Assembly (NCBI GenBank): GCA_902534495.1
Contig: CACAQC010000003.1
Location: 6,952 to 70,951 of the forward strand
Length of the DNA: 64,000 nucleotides
Direction: 5' to 3'
Source of the DNA: an uncultured Candidatus Actinomarina sp.
Lineage (GTDB): Bacteria; Actinomycetota; Acidimicrobiia; Actinomarinales; Actinomarinaceae
Shown in pieces: positions 60,310 through 64,000 of the stretch (position 1 is the stretch's first letter; each line of letters starts with the position of its first letter). A program made the translations under genes and the position numbers. The notes below the pieces were generated by a model. The model ran no database searches. It saw only the letters and a list, made by a program, of their open reading frames with translations, and was not told the DNA's origin.

Positions 60310-62248
60310 CGTCAGAATCTGAAGCTCTTGTTTGAAGCTCTGAAACAATATCAGCATTTGCTAAAGTTGTCACATCACCTAATTTTCTTTCTTCTGAAAT
60401 GTCTTTAAGTAATCTTCTCATAATTTTTCCACTTCTCGTTTTTGGCAGATCAGCAGTAATAACTATGCTTTTAGGTTTTGCAATCGGACCAATTTTGTCA
60501 CTTACATGCTGTCTCAGTTCTGCAATCAAATCTTCATTGCCTTCCTCAGTGCCAATTAAAGAAACAAATGCAGCAATTGCTTCACCGGTTATTTCATCAC
60601 TTCGACCAATAACTGCTGCCTCTGCAACAGCATTATGTGAAACTAACGCACTTTCAACTTCCGCAGTAGATATTCTATGTCCAGATATATTCATTACGTC
60701 ATCAACACGACCTAAAAGCCAAATGTAACCCTCTTCATCATATTTTGCACCATCACCGGCAAAATATAGACCTTCATGTTGAGACCAATATGTATCAATA
60801 TACCTTTTATCATCTCCATATACTGTTCGAAGCATTGATGGCCACGGAGATTTGATTGCTAAAAATCCACCTTCTCCTTTGCCCACTTCATTTCCATCAT
60901 TGTCAATAATTACAGATTCGATACCAGGTAAAGGACCACAGGCAGATCCTGGTTTAGTGCTTGTTACGCCTGGCAAAGGTGAAATCATAATTGAACCTGT
61001 TTCTGTCTGCCACCAAGTATCAACAATTGCACAATTTTCTCCACCAATATTTTCGTGGTACCACATCCATGCTTCAGGATTAATTGGCTCCCCAACAGTA
61101 CCAAGTATTCTCAATGAACTTAAATCGTGAGCTTGTGGATGCTCAACTCCCCATTTCATGAATGCTCTAATTGCCGTTGGTGCAGTATAAAAAATATTAA
61201 CTTTATATTTTTCAATTATGCTCCATAATCTTTTTTCATCGGGGGCATTTGGTGCACCTTCGTACATTACACTTGTTGCTTTATTTGCTAAAGGGCCATA
61301 AACAATATAACTATGACCTGTTACCCAACCACAATCTGCAGCACACCAATAAATATCATCCTCTTTAACATCAAATACCTCATGGTGAGTAGTTGTAACT
61401 CCAGTGAGGTAACCAGCCTGTGTATGGACGATACCCTTAGGTTTAGCTGTTGTTCCTGATGTATATAAAATGTATAACAAATCTTCAGCATTCATGACTT
61501 CAGGCTCACATTCAGAAGATTGTTTCTCTGTTATTTCGTGATACCAGTGATCCCTACCATCAGCCATATTTATTTCTTGTTCTGTTCGTCTTACAACTAT
61601 TACATTTTCAACATAGTCTGTTAAATCAAGTGAGCCATCGACATTGTTTTTAAGTGGAACTATATCCCCTCTTCTCCACGCTCCATCAGCTGTAATAACA
61701 GTCTTTGCCTTTGCGTCATTAATTCTGTCAGCGAGTGCTTCCGAAGAAAAACCTCCAAACACAACTGAATGAACTGCACCAATTCTTGCACATGCCAACA
61801 TTGAAACAACAATCTCTGGAGTCATACCTAAATAAATTGCTACCCTATCACCTTTTTGAACTCCAAGTTGTTTTAATGCATTAGATAACTTACAGACTCT
61901 TTCATGAAGATCTTGATAAGTTATTTCTTGGGTATCTCCAGGTTCACCTTCCCAATAAAAGGCTACTCTATCTGAATCAGTTTCTAGATGGCGGTCTAAA
62001 CAATTATAAGATAAATTAAGCTCTCCATCTTTAAACCATTTAAAAAAAGGAGGGTTTGAATCATCTAATATTTCTGTTGGTTTTTTATACCAAGATATTC
62101 TTTTTAAAGCTTGCTTCTCCCAAAATTCTAAGCGATTTTTATCTGCATCTTCGTGCCATGAAGATGTTGCGTTTGCGTTTTCTGTGAGTTGTTTCGAAGG
62201 AGGGAATTTTCGTTCTTCTTTAAGTAAATTTTCGATTTTTTCATTCAT
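60302..62248 (-). CDS. acs: Acetyl-CoA synthetase (AMP-forming)
   Basis: YTSGTTAKPKG (the AMP-binding motif), WWQTETG, LPKTRSGKIMRR, and 648 aa are typical of Acs. AAGGGA lies upstream of the ATG. Confidence 0.92.
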   Translation of the reverse strand: MNEKIENLLKEERKFPPSKQLTENANATSSWHEDADKNRLEFWEKQALKRISWYKKPTEILDDSNPPFFKWFKDGELNLSYNCLDRHLETDSDRVAFYWEGEPGDTQEITYQDLHERVCKLSNALKQLGVQKGDRVAIYLGMTPEIVVSMLACARIGAVHSVVFGGFSSEALADRINDAKAKTVITADGAWRRGDIVPLKNNVDGSLDLTDYVENVIVVRRTEQEINMADGRDHWYHEITEKQSSECEPEVMNAEDLLYILYTSGTTAKPKGIVHTQAGYLTGVTTTHHEVFDVKEDDIYWCAADCGWVTGHSYIVYGPLANKATSVMYEGAPNAPDEKRLWSIIEKYKVNIFYTAPTAIRAFMKWGVEHPQAHDLSSLRILGTVGEPINPEAWMWYHENIGGENCAIVDTWWQTETGSIMISPLPGVTSTKPGSACGPLPGIESVIIDNDGNEVGKGEGGFLAIKSPWPSMLRTVYGDDKRYIDTYWSQHEGLYFAGDGAKYDEEGYIWLLGRVDDVMNISGHRISTAEVESALVSHNAVAEAAVIGRSDEITGEAIAAFVSLIGTEEGNEDLIAELRQHVSDKIGPIAKPKSIVITADLPKTRSGKIMRRLLKDISEERKLGDVTTLANADIVSELQTRASDSDDE

Positions 62249-62298
62249 ATTTATATTCCCTTAAAATAGTATATATATCAAAGAAGTGAAAAATCTAC

Positions 62299-63855
62299 TT
62301 AAGAAGTCATAAAATAGTAATTAAAACCATCACACAAAGCATTCCATGAAGCATTGATTATGTTTTCATGAACTCCGATAGTACTCCATTTCTTGTTGGA
62401 ATCTGTAAATTCAATCAAGACTCTTGTTTTAGCTTCAGTTCCATCTGAAGAATCTATAATTCTAACTTTGTAATCAATAAGCTTAATTTCATTTACTCTT
62501 GAATAATCATTTTCTAAAGCAGATTTTAAAGCTTTGCTCAAAGCATCAACTGGGCCTACTCCTTCTCCAGTTTTAACGTATCTATTTTCATCTACAATAA
62601 TTTTACAAACTGCTTCTGAAACAACATTTTCAGAATTTCGTCTTTCAGAGAATACCCTAAAGCTTTCAAATTTAAAAAAGTTGGGTTCTATATTCTTGAG
62701 TTTGTTCATCAATATAAATAGTGATCCATCAGCTGCTTCAAATTGATACCCTATATGTTCAAGATTTTGCACTTCTTCAATTAATTTTTTGGCATCATCA
62801 TTATTAAATTCCAAACCAAATTCCTCTGCTTTTGTTAGAACACTAGCTCTACCAGCTAACTCAGATACTGTTGTCCTTGTAAAATTCCCTACTGCGGCTG
62901 AATCAATGTGTTCATAAAGTGAGCTATCCTTTGCCATTCCAGATGCATGTAATCCAGCTTTATGTGTAAAAGCTGAGGAACCTACATAAGGATGACGTGA
63001 ATCGATCGCTACATTTACCAACTCAGCAATATGATTTGCTGTTTGAGTTAATCGGCCTAATGAGCGTTCAGAAATTGTTTGATAGCCTTTTTTTAATGTT
63101 AAGTTAGGAATTAAAGTGCATAAATCAGCATTACCAGTTCTCTCACCATATCCATTAATGGTTCCCTGTACATGATTTACACCTAAATCTACTGCAACCA
63201 TTGAGTTTGCTACTGCACAACCATTATCATTTTGAAAATGTACGCCAAAGTTGGCTTTTGGATATTTTGAAATTATCTCTGAAATTATCTCATGAACTTC
63301 ACTTGGAAGTGTTCCACCGTTTGTGTCACAAAATACAAAGCATTCAACTTTTGTAGAAATTACAGCATCTAATATTTTTAAACTTGTTTCTGGATCTTCT
63401 TTGTATCCATCAAAAAAATGTTCGGCATCAAAAAATACTTTCTTTTTATTTTGTACTAAGAAGTTAATAGTATCAACTGCCATCTCTATTGCCTCATCTA
63501 CAGTGGCTTGTATGGCTTTTGTAATATGAAGTTTGGAAGACTTTCCTACTATGCATACATATTCTGTTTCTGCATCAACCAATGCTTGCACTTGTGGATC
63601 TTTATCAACACTTAAGGTAAGTTTTCTTGTTGATCCAAAGCTAACCAATTTTGCATTATCAAGATTGAGTTCTAATTTTGCTTTTTTGAAAAATTCTTCT
63701 TCTTTTGGAGAAGCACCAGGCCAACCACCTTCAATAAAGGATACTCCGAGATTATCTAGTAATTTTGCAATTTCTAATTTATCTTTTACAGAAGGAGAAA
63801 TCCCTTCTTGCTGAAAGCCATCTCTTAAAGTTGTATCAAATATATCAATTTTCAT
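62299..63855 (-). CDS. cimA: (R)-citramalate synthase (LeuA/CimA family, long form with regulatory domain)
   Basis: IFDTTLRDGFQQEGISPSVKDKLEIAKLLDNLGVSFIEGGWPGASPKEEEFF matches the CimA-type N-terminus (GGWPGA-PK). 518 aa. The upstream Ile-codon leader supports an isoleucine-pathway role over leuA. Confidence 0.75.
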   Translation of the reverse strand: MKIDIFDTTLRDGFQQEGISPSVKDKLEIAKLLDNLGVSFIEGGWPGASPKEEEFFKKAKLELNLDNAKLVSFGSTRKLTLSVDKDPQVQALVDAETEYVCIVGKSSKLHITKAIQATVDEAIEMAVDTINFLVQNKKKVFFDAEHFFDGYKEDPETSLKILDAVISTKVECFVFCDTNGGTLPSEVHEIISEIISKYPKANFGVHFQNDNGCAVANSMVAVDLGVNHVQGTINGYGERTGNADLCTLIPNLTLKKGYQTISERSLGRLTQTANHIAELVNVAIDSRHPYVGSSAFTHKAGLHASGMAKDSSLYEHIDSAAVGNFTRTTVSELAGRASVLTKAEEFGLEFNNDDAKKLIEEVQNLEHIGYQFEAADGSLFILMNKLKNIEPNFFKFESFRVFSERRNSENVVSEAVCKIIVDENRYVKTGEGVGPVDALSKALKSALENDYSRVNEIKLIDYKVRIIDSSDGTEAKTRVLIEFTDSNKKWSTIGVHENIINASWNALCDGFNYYFMTS

Positions 63856-63860
63856 AGTCT

Positions 63861-63886
63861 AAAAAAAAACCCTTGCCATGCAAGGG
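63861..63886 (-). terminator. Intrinsic terminator-like hairpin plus T9, ending 5 nt upstream of the cimA ATG (candidate attenuator terminator)
   Basis: The minus strand reads CCCTTGC-ATG-GCAAGGG-TTTTTTTTT-AGACT-ATG. That is a perfect 7-bp stem (5 GC pairs), a 3-nt loop, and nine T residues. Confidence 0.7.
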
Positions 63887-63909
63887 TAACAACGTTGAAA
63901 ACGCTGCTC

Positions 63910-63936
63910 CTAAATAATAATTATAATTTTTTTCAT
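63910..63936 (-). CDS. Candidate leader peptide MKKIIIII (five consecutive Ile codons)
   Basis: The minus strand reads ATG AAA AAA ATT ATA ATT ATT ATT TAG. Its stop lies 23 nt upstream of the terminator stem. It is too short to appear in the ORF track. Confidence 0.55.
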   Translation of the reverse strand: MKKIIIII

Positions 63937-63943
63937 TGAAACA

Positions 63944-63971
63944 ATTTTACTTCTTTTTGGCAGATTGTCTA
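63944..63971 (-). promoter_or_regulatory. Putative promoter of the cimA leader (TAGACA-N16-TAAAAT); it would place the TSS at or next to the leader ATG
   Basis: The minus strand reads TAGACA (63971-63966), a 16-nt spacer, TAAAAT (63949-63944), then 7 nt to the ATG. Such hexamers are common in AT-rich DNA, so this is weak on its own. Confidence 0.3.
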
Positions 63972-64000
63972 ACAAAATAAATTATTAGACCAAAAATAGA

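Noticed and set aside
63871-63889. A tiny ORF, ATG GCA AGG GTT TTT TTT TAG (MARVFF), starting in the loop of the cimA-upstream hairpin.
   Set aside because: The ATG is sequestered in a 3-nt hairpin loop, and the nearest purine-rich stretch (AGGAG at the leader stop) is ~28 nt away. It is most likely a by-product of the terminator sequence.
1-64000. CRISPR arrays, rRNA operons, IS elements, toxin-antitoxin pairs, restriction-modification systems or other recognisable defence systems.
   Set aside because: Visual scanning found no regularly spaced direct repeats, no rRNA-like GC-rich blocks other than the tRNAs, and no ORFs with nuclease/methylase, Cas, Abi or TA-like motifs. The gaps between genes are too short to hide such elements.

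Overview
This is a very AT-rich, extremely gene-dense bacterial window. By hand tally only about 1 kb of the 64 kb lies outside my gene calls. Gene order on the minus strand is tig-clpP-clpX-valS-folC-ndk-mreBCD-mrdA-rodA-rne-rplU-rpmA-obg-proB-proA-nadD-rsfS ... leuS-(holA position)-rpsT/lepA-rsmE-phoH-ybeY-uppS-glyQS-dnaG. This is the conserved backbone I know from Actinobacteria such as Streptomyces, so I infer a streamlined low-GC actinobacterium, possibly a marine Acidimicrobiia or 'Ca. Actinomarinales'-like lineage. That taxonomy is inference only. Two accessory cell-envelope glycan loci interrupt the backbone. Locus 1 (1-18119) has glycosyltransferases, UDP-glucuronate-derived sugar enzymes, a WecA-like initiator, an LCP ligase and two paralogous O-antigen-ligase-like proteins. 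Locus 2 (31890-37313) has GT4, a ParB/Srx-like protein, serC, a polymerase-like protein and a Wzx flippase. Each locus starts within 10 nt of a tRNA 3' end. Ten tRNAs are present. I saw no rRNA, CRISPR, transposase, integrase or recognisable defence system. The most interesting sequence-level signal is at 63856-63971. A possible leaderless promoter precedes an 8-codon ORF (MKKIIIII) with five consecutive Ile codons. A 7-bp GC hairpin plus T9 terminator follows, ending 5 nt before the citramalate synthase (cimA) start codon. This looks like a candidate isoleucine-responsive attenuator. Other notable points:
- An 808-aa O-antigen-ligase paralog carries a ~400-aa Cys-rich/LamG-like insertion in its catalytic loop.
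- tRNAs are interleaved with protein-coding genes in the same orientation at very short spacing.
- Every convergent CDS pair overlaps at its 3' ends.
- A ParB/Srx-like DGHHR protein sits next to serC.
All product calls come from motif recognition by eye; no database search was run.
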